64,000 nt of DNA, taken from Bilabrum cf. latius. Taxonomy: Eukaryota. Both the position numbers and the translations under genes were made by a program. The notes below the pieces were generated by a model. That model was not told the DNA's origin, ran no database searches, and worked only from the letters and a program-made list of their open reading frames with translations. This document shows positions 1 through 13,152 of this stretch, piece after piece (the stretch's first letter is position 1; the number at the start of each line of letters is the position of its first letter). The stretch spans positions 558,001-622,000 of the forward strand of contig OZ237749.1 of NCBI GenBank assembly GCA_965178125.1, given 5' to 3'.

Positions 1-3000
1 ACCAGCAAGAATTCGTAGCACTACTCGCTGGTCTTCACCATGCCAAACGGGAAGGAGATCGCCGTGAAAAATAGCAGCAGGAAGAGCGTCTTATCTGGAA
101 AGGGTGCCGATGAGGGTCTCGATACGTGGTGCAAGCAGACGTTCTTGTCCGGGGAGTCATACTCGAGCGTGGTAGGCAAGCAACAAGCAGGCTAGCTCAC
201 TCCGCGCGTGTCTTCGGATCGCTATGACCGCGCCCGCAAGGCAATAGAGCCATTCATCTTCAAGCACTTCGAACAAGTGCTCGCCAAGCACAGGGACTTG
301 CTCAAATCTCAGCTCGAGGCGGAGCATAGAGCGACTGGCAAGGGCGCCAACCTGGCTATTGCGACTGACGGTGCATACCAGTACAGGGCAAAGCTATCGT
401 CGCAGCGAGCGATTGTACTCATGTGTGGTCGAGCTAGCCCGGCTCACGAGTGGCTTTTGATTGATCTCGCCCTTGCGGAGGCGGCGAACCGTGCATCAGA
501 TGTCAAGAAAGTTGCTGAGTCGCTCGGCGCAACTGGTGCGACCTTGGAGGATGGCAGCGACCTGCCTGACATTGACAAGTTGCTGTGTGTCTCAGAGCTA
601 GAGGCCAAGCTACAGGAGGAGTTTACCCTGCACAACCATTCTGTCAGTGACTAGACCGAGCAGAGGTTTGGAACTGCCTTCCCAGAAGGGTTCGGACCAG
701 CAGCAGTGTACAAGGTCCTCTGCAACTCGCAGGCAATCGAGACGATCATGCACGAGGTTCGCGGACAGAGCATCGGAAAATTCATTCAAGAGATCGAGGC
801 AGTCACTAAGCTTGCCAGCGTGACGCTAATTCATGACGGCGACTCCGCCAGTGTTGATGCTCTCCGCTCCGCCATTCTCGAGTTCACGAAGGTGCTCATC
901 CTAGTGTCGTACGATCTGTTCCACAAGATGAAGTCCGAACAGAAGTATGTCGTCACGAAGGGGGCAATAGATGATGCTCGCCTTTTGGGGAACCCTGCAT
1001 GCGAAAGAGCGGCAGCATCGCTTCAGTCGTTCGCACATTTGCTCCGACCGACTGACGGTGGTGCCCCGCCCGCAGCTGCTCTTGCATTGCCGCAACCAAG
1101 CACGGATGATACCGTCGCTGTATTCATTCCTGGGACGAGGTCTGTGATTAGTTGCACATACACTGTTCCTGTTGACGGCAAGGTGGAGGCTAAGGGACTT
1201 CTGGCAGCGATCAAGCACGGCATGTCTGCTGAGCAGTGGAAGCCGTTCAAGGGGCTTACCCTCGATAAACTGACCACCAAGTTTCGGTACTTTGGCGGCA
1301 CTTCTGCAACACTATCCGAGCAGCAAGGTTACCGTCCGATAACGAAGTTCGAGAAGAGTTCACACTCCTATCAGTTTATGCCAGCTGCAGGCCGTCGTCG
1401 TCGGGCGTGCACTCGACCGAAGCATGGGAAGGCAAAACCGAGAGCGCCCAAATTCTTCGGTCCAACGTCGTCATCCTCATCTAGCTCTAGTTCGTCATCT
1501 TCATCTAGCTCTAGTTCGGCAGTATCAGCTGCAACAGCTCCGATTATACAGGCGCGCACGTCAGTCACGAGCCACATTGCCACGCCGGTCGTCACCACCA
1601 AAGTGGCTCGATACATTGCTCGACGGAGCAACGCAAGCAGCACCCGAGCGGACGTGTCAGAATTTGATCGCATCAGTAGGGAGCGGAAAGGTCTGGGTGA
1701 TGGTATTACGGAGGCGCAAGCAGTTGCTTGGCTTGAATGCAACCGACAGGGGGGCGTTGATGCTCATGATGGATTCGAGAGTCTCATGCTCAATGGTGTG
1801 GCCAAGCTCCCTGTTGACGTGGCATTGTAGCTCATGATTTGGATTCTTCACTTTGCAAAGGATGGGTACGGTTTGTGGGCTGCAGAGTACAGAACGGGGT
1901 ACAAGCCAGCACTGCTTGGTGGCTCTGTCGACTGGGTGCTGCAGCACGTTAGCAAGAGTGACCTCATGGTCATTGATTTCAAGCGCTGGCATTTTATTGA
2001 CTGGAGGGGGAATCAGGGCCAAATGCCAATGCCAATAGTGAGTACCCCTAGCAAGGGCTCTAAGGTTGCGCTGCAATGCGCAACCTACGCCGTGTGCATC
2101 GAGAAGGCCACCAGCCTCAAGGTCAGTAAGGTGGGTGGGCTCGCGCTCCGAGAGGGGCAGGGCGACGTATTCAAGGCCATTGTGGAAGCAATTGACGCCA
2201 GTCCAGCAATGACAGATGGTGAAAAAGTGAGCGAGGTCAGTATGCACTTTTGCGGCTTACTTGATGTATCTTCGGGGGGCCCGGCCACGCAGGTGCGCAG
2301 GGAGACCCAGGGCGAGTCTACCCCAGTGACATTGGGTGAAGTAGGAAGGGGCCTATAGCACCCTACAGGTGGATCCATACGCATCCATCATGCGAAGTCT
2401 AGTCATGCTCACCGTGTTCTTGTTGTCCCTGAGGAATATGACGATGCAATTGCTGGAAAGCACTCTGGCAATTTGGCTGTCTGGGAGTACCCGATCAAGA
2501 AGGCAGCTGAACTGATCATCACCAACCAAGTCAGATACTACGAAGACACTGCAAAGTTTTTGAAGACGTGTCTGAGTGTGAACCACCGGTTGGTTCGCTA
2601 GTTCCAACTGGGCTAGATCTCCATCGCGGAGATCTCTCGGCAGCTGAATATCGAGCTCCTGGCCCAGAGGCACAGAGCCAGAAGGGTATCAGCTGGTCTT
2701 CCACCCACGTATGGATGTAAAACTTCTAGTACGGGCACTTAGTAGTGTTTGCACCCTGGATCAGCGGCCCAGCTGACGTGTGCCCATTCTGGAGCACCTG
2801 CTCCAGCACGTGTGTCGATCGGCGCGGATGCGACGGGAGTCGCCGAAAGTATGGAGTTGGCCAAGTAGAAATCCCCCCATGGCAGCGATGAACTATTTGC
2901 AGCAGACTCTGAGGTTCAGGCCGTTCTCCGGGCGAAATTGGCAGCAAGCACGAAGGCTAGCTCCGAGCTCCACGCAGCCCTAACCGATAGGTAGGCGGAT

Positions 3001-3885
3001 GGCTGTCCCACCGCGGAGTCGTACAGAAAAATTTTCAACACGGCAACCGCTGTTCTGGCCAAAAATGCCAACCGGATGACACCAGTGGACGCAGCGAAGG
3101 GAATGCTTCAGACCAAGTACCGCAAGGCGTACTCGACTGCAGCAGGGATCGGCAGAAGCCTACTTCGCGCTGCGGGTGGACAGGCTGTAGCAAGCGTCGC
3201 GCAGAAGAAAGCGAGCTCAGCATGTTATCGCCTGTACTTGCGCAATGCATGCGCGCACTATGCAGGCCATCACGCTCTCTGTGGCTGCAGCGCTGGTCGG
3301 TCGTGCCCAACGCACGAGGCGTCAATGGACTACCATCCCATGGCTCCCTCGTACATGCACGATCCAGCGAAGCCATCTGGTGCTCACAACAAGGGAGCTG
3401 AGTTCTTATTCAACATGGAGGCTACGCTGATTTGCAAGACGGATGAGGATATAATCCGGCTGGTGGATCACAACAACACCTCCGCTGTGGAGCAGTACAA
3501 TAAGCAGTTCAGGATGTTCACCAGCCGAGACGACAACCACAAGGAGAGTTTCTTTGCGCTGGCTATGATTGGACTGCTATCGCAGATCGATAAGGGCTTT
3601 CGATCCTCAATAGCAAAGGCTGCAGGCATCTTTGTGTCACCGCTTGCCCAGCAAGTCGACGAGGTCCGGACAAGGAAACAGGTTTCCAGCCGTTTGCGGG
3701 CCCTTGATCCGGCTAAGCGAGCGATATCTAAGATAAGATCAAGACAGGACGCCATTGTCCGGAAACTTTTCATTGGAGGTGACTACAAGAGAGACGGAAG
3801 GGTGCGCGGGATCGATCATCTCACCCCCCTCGGGTGGTACGTCTTGCTTACGGTTGCATGCAATGGAATCGTTAGCAGCTACTGA
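1..3885 (+). CDS. Mutator-like (MULE) DDE transposase, 5'-truncated by the window edge, >=1294 codons with 11 in-frame TAG
   Basis: Track ORFs 208-654, 706-1830, 1834-2358 and 3076-3885 share one frame, which is open from base 1 to TGA 3883-3885 except for TAG at 16, 193, 652, 1828, 2356, 2599, 2614, 2740, 2743, 2866 and 2992. Motifs match Mutator-like transposases: IATDGAYQYR (first Asp), LIHDGDS (second Asp), YDLFHKMK (C/DxxH), HYAGHHALC and NNTSAVEQYNK (Glu). Confidence 0.75.
1468..1518 (+). repeat. 24-bp tandem duplication encoding a poly-Ser tract
   Basis: TCGTCATC(C/T)TCATCTAGCTCTAGT occurs twice, followed by TCG. Confidence 0.85.
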
Positions 3886-4132
3886 ATATTAATAGAAGAT
3901 TTACTTATAGTTGAATTAATGGCTTCAGATAAATCTCATCCGTAGTATTGGTACTATGCCGTAGGCAGCAACGAGGTGCCACAATCCTTGCGCATTTGAT
4001 GCGGTCGCTGCCATCTAAATTGACAGTATCCCAGAGATCGCTTCCACTATCATAAACTTTACTGGCCTAATAACATAACTTGAGTAGTTCTTGCAGGTAC
4101 ACCCATGAACGATGGCAGTATGGCGAAAACGG

Positions 4133-4156
4133 GGGATTTTTCCCGGGATTTTTCCC
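4133..4156. repeat. Tandem 12-bp quasi-palindrome GGGATTTTTCCC x2
   Basis: Read directly at 4133-4144 and 4145-4156. Confidence 0.85.
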
Positions 4157-4180
4157 AGACTGGCACAACCTGACGAGTGC

Positions 4181-4727
4181 CTGACACTTTTATAAAAACT
4201 TCTCTGTGTTTGCTGTATAGAGATAATAGGAGATAATATAATAGTTAAACTTTAAATTCCCCTACTTTGTAGGGATATAAAGTAGTCTGTTTTATAAGAC
4301 ATAGACTATGGGACCCTCTACAAAGTTCTTAGAGGAGTAGAGAGGCGCGAAGCGTCTCCTCTATACTGCGGGTGTCCCACACACCCCCATTGATTTGGTT
4401 TTTCCTACTTTGCAGAGCAAAATTCGTTCCTTCGGCTCCCGTCTCCCTCTAACAGCAAACACAGCGATGTTTTTGGGAGGCCGTTGGATTCTTCAAATTT
4501 CTTCTGACACTTTTATAAAAACTTCTCTGTGTTTGCTGTATAGAGATAATAGGAGATAATATAATAGTTAAACTTTAAATTCCCCTACTTTGTAGGGATA
4601 TAAAGTAGTCTGTTTTATGAGACATAGACTATGGGACCCTCTACAAAGTTCTTAGAGGAGACTTATAGGAGTAGAGAGACGCGAAGCGTCTCCTCTATAC
4701 TGCGGGTGTTCCACACACCCCCATTGA
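4181..4727. repeat. Direct repeat of a ~213/224-bp hairpin-rich unit (4181-4393 and 4504-4727)
   Basis: Both units run CTGACACTTTTATAAAAACTTCTCTG...ACACCCCCATTGA. The second has an 11-bp insertion (ACTTATAGGAG) and a few substitutions. Confidence 0.95.
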
Positions 4728-4740
4728 CCCCCCCCCAGGG

Positions 4741-7700
4741 TCACCCACCCTCAGGATCAATGCTTGCATCTTGAAAGATCAGCTGACCAATTCGACTAGC
4801 AATCGCGTCCCATGAGTACGTCTCGATGCACTGCTGCCGCATGGCGAATCGCTTGGCCTCGAAGCGCGCGGGGTGCTACAGCGCATCTCTGGCAGCGCGC
4901 ACCACGGCATGCCAATATGCTTTCGAGAGATGCAACTCTAGCTGACGATTACTGCTTTGGTTGGACATCGCTTCACGCACCTCGCTGTTGCCGAGCACAG
5001 CGTCTGCTTGCCTGGCTGCGAGCAGCTCATTCATCTGGAGGCGAGCAAGCCCGACGTCTGCTGTGGGCCCCAGAGATCCAGCGGACCAGCTCTGATTGCT
5101 TCCTCGCTCATCAGAGTTTCGATTCTGCTGCGCGAACCCATCTTCAATGCTGCGATTGTACGGCTGTTCGGCGGCAGTAGTCCCCCTTGGGATCCAGCCC
5201 TTGCGAGCAAGCACCTGCTCGGCGCGAAGCCCCGCGTCGAACTGACCCACAATCTCGGGTAGTGCCGTCAGCGGCCATCCGATTGTTATGGGCACAGCGC
5301 CTGCACACATGGCTTTGACAGCTACTGTGCAAGACGTCTCTGGAAACGTGCTAGGGTACAGCCAGAAGGAGGCCCGTGACAGCCTGTCCTGCAGCTCAGA
5401 AGCCGGTACCATGCCGCGGTAGTCCACTCCTGGCAGCTAGAACAGCTCTGTGATCTAGCGCTTCCACTCCCAGTAGGTACTTGAGACGGCCGATACGAAA
5501 GAATCAATCGATTTTGTGAAGCCGTAGTATACCTCAAGCCGCGCTTCCCCGCCCAAATCCTTGTAAATGTACGGCCAAGACTCGAGCACCATCTAAAGGC
5601 CCCGCATGGGGCTAGAGGCATACACAAACGTCAGCATGGGGGGCTTGGCTACGAAAGGTCGGACCAGGTCTCTGGAAATGCCGTTGGTTAGGATGCCCAT
5701 CCAGGGCAGTGGGTACCTCAAGGGAGTCGGCGGCAAGCTTGGGTTTGCAATCTGCTTCGGCATCGAGTGCCACACGTGGAATGCCGAGCCATGGAAGACT
5801 CTACAGGCAAATTTCGAGTGCAGTCCATCCCCCGACCTAGGTTCGCTTGATTCGGTCTCCTGCAGATGCCCATCCACAAGGTCCTGTAGCCAGATCCACA
5901 CGCTTTTCACGTTGGGCAGAGCGGCACCTTGCAACCTGTCGGCGCACTAATGGCTATCCCACGGTGCGATGCACTCAGAATCGATTCTGGTATCCACGTG
6001 CTGCAGTGGTACCAGCGCATCGGCCACCGAATGTGTGTATCTGTATGCGACAAACACTGTGGGGATGTTACACCTTGCTAGCCTCTCCTGCACCCCCTTG
6101 GTTTTAAACCAATACGCACCACTGTGCCAACTGCCGGTATATGAGTCTGGTACTGTGTCCGTGTGCACTTCAATCATGATCTCAGGGGACGCTCTATGCA
6201 GCGCAGCCACCAATTGCACGACGGCCTCCTCTGAACCACCAAGTGACTTGGGGCCGGGCTTGTCCTTCGATTCGGAAGGATCGATAACCCACGGACCCCA
6301 CCCGGGAAAGAATGCGTTGCCGTACTCCTCCGCCTGAATGACTAGTCTGACCTTATGATGAGGCGTGATTCCGCACCCGTCACCCAAAGAAGGGGCACTG
6401 TAGTGCATCGGCAGTCGCAGAGGTGCTTCATGCGCGAGAAAACAGCGGTGGTACGACTGTGCTGAAGCCAGGGCCCAGTAGCTCTCGTCGCCGTACTAGC
6501 CAGGTGGCACGCTGTATCCTGCCCGCCTCAGCCCAGCAAGCCAGCTCACAGAGTTGTACGATGCTATACTAGTGGGAAGCGTGCGCAATAGCCTTTGCAC
6601 GGCCACTGGTATAACAGAACATTCATCTGTGGTGAGCCATGGACGGTGCTTTTCGCTGGCTGTCTGTAGATAGGTAGCAATGCTTGTCCCACCGAGGCTC
6701 CGTGCATCGCTCACTTCTGTGCCACGGTGATCCAATCTAGCACCAGCACCATCAGTGCGCTCAAGAGTATCAGCGATCAGTGTACTGCAGTGGTAGTGGT
6801 GCCTGTGCTTGAGCCATTCGAGCCCCACTCGCAGAAATCCACTGCTTAGTCCAGCACCATCACCACCGCATACACCATCAGCGAACCGGCTGATAGAGTC
6901 TGCTTGCGGAGGTGAAGAAGCTGCTTCGGGACCTGCATCTGGATGCGCCCAAGATTGGCTAGCCCGCTCCGAAGCCCTGCCGATCGCCTGGAGCAGCCAA
7001 GCGGCCGAGTGCCCGTACAGAGCCGGGAGATCCCCCGAGCACTGGCTGCTCCCATTAATCGCGGACACGAGCGTCCGAGCGAGCGAGTCATGCAGCTGCT
7101 ATCGGGTGGCATACGATGCTCGCGCCTTACACCAGGCGCCCCGCAGTTCCCTACCTTTTCTCTCAATCCAATCCTCTAGCAACGAAAGCGAGCCCTGCGC
7201 TTCGGCACATACGTCCATCGCAAGTGCAATGCGCAAAGTGCTGCCGTTTGCGACCGAGAATGATGCGCTACCGGTGGCTTCGAGCAGCTGGCCGAATGAC
7301 TCGAGAGCGGCTTTCATTGATCCGACATGCGAGTCGTACACTTTGCACGACAGAGGGCTCTCTCGACTGGCATGCCACAGAGCTAGATGCAGTCGGTTCA
7401 TCACAGCGCCTGGGGTGTCAGCAGCAAATGACTCGACCTCAGCTTCGACTCGATGGAGCTGCGAGCTTGATCTGCTTGGTACGGTGGGGTTGACTGCATT
7501 CTCCAAGCTGCCCAGTACCTGCAGCAGCTGCGAGGGAGCATCGCCCAAGCCGTGGCCAGTCGATAGCTCAGCCCCAACTTTGGCGTGGTACGGGAGCCAC
7601 CTACCTCGGTACCTCCGGACCTGCGAGGCCCTCACCTCCCAGGCGATCCGCATGGACCTCTGCACAGCCCGAGTGGTGCCCCCGGCATCGAACAGACTCG

Positions 7701-10700
7701 ATGTGAGGCTGGATGCCGCCAGGTGCTGCTTGGCTGTCACCATGCAAGCGTGGCACGATGCCAGCCTGCCAGCCAACTGCTCATAGGCCCGCATGCTGTG
7801 TGGTGCCATTGCACAGTGCATCCTGCGTCGAAGCGCCAAGTCGAGGCCACTACTCGATCTGCCAGTTGCAGCAAGCCCGCATCCGTGGGCATTGAAGCCC
7901 GTCGGTGTGTGTGCCGCGGCACCCAGTGACATGCCTACTCGGGCAGCAAATCCAGGCCCTGGCATCGTCACCGTTGGAACCGCCGCCCACAGCGCCTCGG
8001 CACCGGTGCTGTGCATGTTGTACGTTGTGGAATCCAACATCAGATCTATGGCCGCGATCCGCTCGCGGTGTTCGGCGAGACCCACGTGCCCAGCAACCAC
8101 GAATCGGTGGGGTTGGATGCCCCTTGCTGCAGCGAGATTGATCAGCCGGTCGGTCTTCTCCTTGCTTCCGGAGCCGATCACGATCATGACGCACCTAGGA
8201 CAATGCCGCAAGATACCAGCCCAGGTGTCGAGAAGGAACGGCTGTATGCGACTCACATGGCCCACAAATCCAAGATGAATGCGCTTGCTGCGGATGGACT
8301 TGCTAAACGGACCGGCACCGATCACTTGCATGCTTCGGTCAAGCTGCACCAACCGCCTCCTCCAGCGTCCAGATATTGCAGCGCTTCCTTCCGACCGCAT
8401 CTCAATCAGCCGTAGAAACCCATCGGCAGGAACAGATGGCGACTGTAGCGTGGTTTGGTAGGTGTTCGGCAGGATCAGCATTCCCTCGGACATGCCTGCG
8501 CGAGACACCCTGCCTGTGCCTCGCTCGAAGGCGTGAGGCAAAGAGCCGAGGAGCTCTGCCCGAGGATCCAGCGGGAGCACTCCGCCTCTAGAAGCAGCTG
8601 TCCTACCAAACGATGCGTGATTCTGCCTGCCAGTCAGCTCCACTGGTGGATCAGGAGGTGTGACAAATCGATCCACGATGGCGTAGTCAGCATAGCTGTC
8701 GGCGGCCGAGCCGGGATACCCGAGGTACTGAATCACGATCTTGCCGGCTCGTCGCACGGTGAAGTCGAGGTTCATGTTGCTCGTGTGGCCCATGAAGTCG
8801 AGCACTATATCAGAGTGGCTGCCAGGCTGGATGTCCTGGAGGTCCGCGCGACAGCTAGTTGTGCCGTGCTCAGGTGGGATGGAATGCAACAAGCCATCGC
8901 ATAAAGATCTAGCTGCCCGAGCCATGCCAATTGTGTTGGCAATTATAGCAGTAGATCCGTCCTCAGCATGTACCAACGAACATGGGATCCGATGGATAGA
9001 CCCCCAAAGGGAGTAGTTGTATGCCTTTTGCTCTTCTACCGTGTCCAGCTTGCGTACGGCTTCCTCGCACCTATGAATACGGCTAAATGCCACTACCTCG
9101 CTACCTGCCCGCAGCATACCACCAGTTCTTGCCATTTTACCCTCGGCGAGGTGGGCAGAATCTATGCCAGGGACCAGCTGACGCCAGCCCATGGAGGCCA
9201 TCTGTGCGATGTGAGTTGCTGTCAGGAGCGGGTTCACCTGGAGAGAACCCAGCCATTCCGCCGCTGTCTGTCGATCGCGCGATCGCTCCCACGTTTCATT
9301 GAGCCAAACAGATGCAGCGGTAGCGTACTCTGCACCCTGACTGCACTCTCGCAATGCCGCATTTGCCGCCGCCGATTCGAGCATGGGTGGCCAATGCGAG
9401 GGTCGACCGCCATTGCACATTGCAGCTGGTGGCCTGTCCATAGGCCCATACATCCATGCTTGCAGGGCGATGCTGTTAGTGTCAAAGTGAGGCAACATGC
9501 CAGTGATCATCGACCCCATGGCGTGAGTTCGCATGTCATACGACATCGCATTCACCCGAAGCTTGCGCGCGTTCCCGCCTCTCACGATGCGAACACCTGC
9601 GTGGGTCCTGGAACCCCGCATGGCCTCTGGCACAGGGCCTAGAGCAGGTGGGACCACCTTTCCTTGCTGCACCTGTGCCTCCTAGCCGACCATCCTTGGC
9701 TGAAAGGACAAGCCTTTGACGATAGCAATTCCTAGCCTGAGTTCGGCCGAGGACACCAGGTAGGACACGTCATACACTATCATGCGACCCGAATCTGAGG
9801 CTGTATTTCCAACAATCTGACGTGCATAGACCCCACACGATTGCGCTAGTGCATCCAGGCGACGCTAGCGACTACCAAGGTCTAGTGTCCAACCATCTCC
9901 CGGGCCCTGGAGCAGCGTCGACTGGCACTGCACGACCGCTTCCAGCATGGCCAGCCTCTCGTCTGATATCCCAACGAGAGAGCGGTGCAGCGATGGGTCT
10001 AGGAATGAGTCTCTCTCGGGACCAGACGCAAACCACTGCAGCAGCCTCAGTGCCGACAGCTCCGTGGCTGCTTCTGCCGGTGCGAAACACACAGACATCG
10101 CCTCGGGGCTGCCGGGGGTCTGCACCAGAGACAGATCAGCTGCATTGTCTAGAGCCCCGAGCAATTTATCTCCTTCCAGCATGCTCTTTGCATATGATAC
10201 TGAATCAAATAGCTGCGATCCATGTGCCCCAGTGCTGGTGCTGCTCTGCGCTGCACGGTCCTGCATTGCTCTCACAAAGCACTCGAGCCCCTGCAGCACA
10301 AGCTTGAGCACCTTCCTCAGCCCGCTGAGACAAAGCTCGTATGCCTCCCATCGATATGATTCCTGCAAGACCTTGCACACAGACATGAGCGCCCCATGCA
10401 GTCGGGGCACCCGCGCCATCACTGCCACGGTCGATCGCAGCTGCATCGCTTCGACCTCTCCTCCCGACTTGCCCTTGCTTTGGGCACCCTTGTTGAAGTG
10501 CAGGTCGATGTTGGCAAGATTGAACGTGGCAGCAGAGCGCGCTGAGCTGGTGGTTAGCTCCTCTGGCATGTCCAGCATCAGACTGTACCACACCTTGGCC
10601 ATCTCGAACGAGTGCTGGTTGACGTGGTGGTTGCCCACTTCGATGAGAGCGACGAAATTCGTGCTGGGCGAGCCTGCAGACACAGAGGCCAGCTGGGGGG

Positions 10701-11694
10701 CTAGCGACCATCCCGCATGAGCATCCAGTGCCACCTGATCGCCTGCCTGTCTCAAGATATCCACTTGATCAGCTGTGAGCCCGCTTACCGCAAGTTGCAG
10801 GTAGCACTCTGCCACGAGTGGCTCGACTCCAAGACCACGGATTTGCTCGCAGACTAAATGCGAATCACTGCCTTCCCAGCCTTTGATTTCTTCCAATGCG
10901 CGCTTGCTGGCCACCCAGGCTGACGGCGCCCAGCTGGGCACTTGCTCGGACTGGCCCTGCACCCATGCTCGGTGCAAGTGTGAGGCCGCCGCCCAGGCAG
11001 CGGCACGGCGAGCGTAGAGATAGTTGCCAGCTGCGATCGCAAGGTCCCTCCCACATCTTGCAGACCTACGCATAGCCTTGAAAATGTGCTGATTGGTATA
11101 GGCAAATGAGATATGCCGATCATCATGACATTCTATTTCAAGAACAGCCTAGAGATCCAGTAGTCTGGCGCCAAAGCAAACGATCTACTTGTATTTTAGC
11201 GATTGCGTCCTGATCTTGGCCCTTGGTATCCAATCGAAGGCAGCGCGGTGGCCAAGATGATACCGACCCCATGCGACGACAGGGCACTTGACAACATCCT
11301 TGGTCGTTACGCTTGCTTCAAAGCCAACTATGAAAGAAATCAGCTCGACTACTTGAGATCTACGTCCTTGGACAATCGCGGGGTATTGCCCCTGCAAGCA
11401 TGACTGCATTTGTTCGATACTTGGAAGCCGAGCAAACGTCTCGGGGATCAAGCTGCAAAGCGTGTACATTTCTGGCATTTCTACTAGTGCGCCCAACACA
11501 AAAAGTGCATTTGTGCACGGATTTTGGTTCTCGCCGTTCACCACAATGTCCTGGAGCCTTCCAGCAGCCATAGCATTTTGCACTCGTGATTCGTCCAACA
11601 TGTCAACATTCAGCTCTGTCCCCGATATACCCCCCCAAAGCGACTCTTTTGCAGTACAATGCGTGATGATAAATAAATGTAGTATCAAGTGCAT
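4741..11694 (-). CDS. Signal peptide + degenerate TPR-like region + GT41 (OGT/SPINDLY-like) + GT4-like bifunctional glycosyltransferase, copy 1 (~2317 aa, 11 in-frame TAG)
   Basis: Seven track ORFs (11185-11814 down to 4876-5427) join in frame across TAGs and end at TGA 4741-4743. GT41 motifs: SYDMRTHAMG, DFMGHT, QYLGYPGS, DLMLDSTTYNMHSTGAEALWAAVP, FAARVGMSL. GT4-like motifs: LGGSEEAV, YASSPMRGL, LYPSTFPETSC, YSWDAIA. The start was chosen at MHLILHLFIITHCTA by comparison with the other copies. Confidence 0.85.
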
Positions 11695-12369
11695 AAATGG
11701 CCGCATGCGCACCAAGCACAGGTGGTTGAGCCAGCCGGTGAAGGAGGGTACGGTCGTCATGGTAGATATAAAAACCAGAATCCTTGTTGCCTCTACTAGT
11801 AGTACACGCAACATGACAGAGCCGCTCTCGAGCAGAGTCTCGGCTGCAAAGTGAGATTATGGTCTTTACAAACCTTAGTAGTATCTGTATTGGAAGAAGC
11901 TAAACTGATTAAAGTCTATTTGCGCCGGAATCGCAGTCTATTCGTGTCGATCGAAGCCTGGCGAGCCTGCTGCCTCAGGTACCTTTCATGGAACATCAGA
12001 TGTAATCTTGCAAACAGTTGCAATTGATCTAGTCCGTCTGGGTTTTATCCTATACTGGACGAGAAGAGATACGGGTCGGAGTAGATTCAGTGTTGGATGC
12101 CTTACAGGGAAGTGTGATGGGGCTTATTTATGGTACGGTTCAGAGGTTTCGGTCACTAGAATTGCTCACATAGCGTGACATATCGATTTCTATGTAGGAC
12201 TACCCACAGCTGTAGGTGTAGGGCGCGAATTTGTTTTGAGCGAATTTGTCTTGAGCAGACGAAATCAGTGTGTCGCTAAATCAATCGTCATAATCACCTT
12301 CGAGACCTTGCCTTGGACCCTCGCCCAAAAGTAGTTCTCTGTGGCACTTATCGAGACTTCCGAGCTCAC

Positions 12370-13152
12370 TCAGGATGGTCCAGAAACACCCATAATCCCC
12401 CGTGGTGGGGTTGTAGGGCAACTGAAGCTTCTGGAGCCTCGGGCTCGATACCCAGAGGAGTGCTTGTCGACCATCGGCATGCCAGCTCCTTTCCGATTCC
12501 GGCTTTGTGCAAACTGTTGCCACTTCGACATACACCGGAGGCCTCGCGCATTCTCCAACACAGACGAGACGACAGCTCCATGAACTCGGCTTGTAGAGGT
12601 TAATACTTTAGCCGAGTCATGGGCACCATCTGCCGCGCACGAGGTGTCGCGATGACCATTGAGTGCCAGACTCCACAAGCCCACTGCACCCATATCCCCA
12701 TCCCCGTCTCCATCGGGCCATGGGGTTGGAGGATGTCCCGACCTCACAGCCCCTTCCCCGTTCTGCTGGTCTGGTCCGCCTGCTGGAGGCCTGCCCCAGG
12801 CAGCGCTCTCCGTCCCTTTATCGCCTGGAGGCCTGTCCCACGCAGATTCCTCCGCCCCCTTGATGTACCCATCTGCATCAGCGTCCAGTGGCTCTCCATC
12901 AGCAGCAGCCCATCTGCCACTGGCCCCTCTCAGGGCCTTGGTATTGTCGATCTTGGTTTGGTCTAGATCTGTGGTGGTTGTGCACTCCTCCAGTTTCACC
13001 TGGCTCGCTGGAGGGCTAGTGTGCGAAGACCGCGACTGGTCGGGATCCTCCTCGCGGATGAACGTGTTGATAGGCCTAGTCGTTGGTGACGATACACTTG
13101 CTACTGCTTGGGACTCTTGCTCTGGTTCTGGAGCCTGCTCCTCCTACTTCAT
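12370..13152 (-). CDS. Hypothetical low-complexity protein (starts MK*EEQAPEPEQESQ; 3' structure uncertain)
   Basis: ATG 13152 is in frame with track ORF 12370-12999 across one TAG at codon 3. No domain recognised. Confidence 0.35.

Larger units (their letters stand above)
1..4736 (+). mobile_element. Right part of a MULE-like DNA transposon; probable terminus at the C-run 4728-4736
   Basis: The transposase ORF is followed by AT-rich subterminal repeats. Similarity to glycosyltransferase copy 2 (CAGGGTCACCCAC at 14849-14861) begins abruptly at 4736. Confidence 0.6.

Noticed and set aside
11860-12370. Coding-like sequence upstream of GT copy 1
   Set aside because: The minus-strand frames I read contain TGA/TAA stops even with TAG as sense; at most a decayed remnant.
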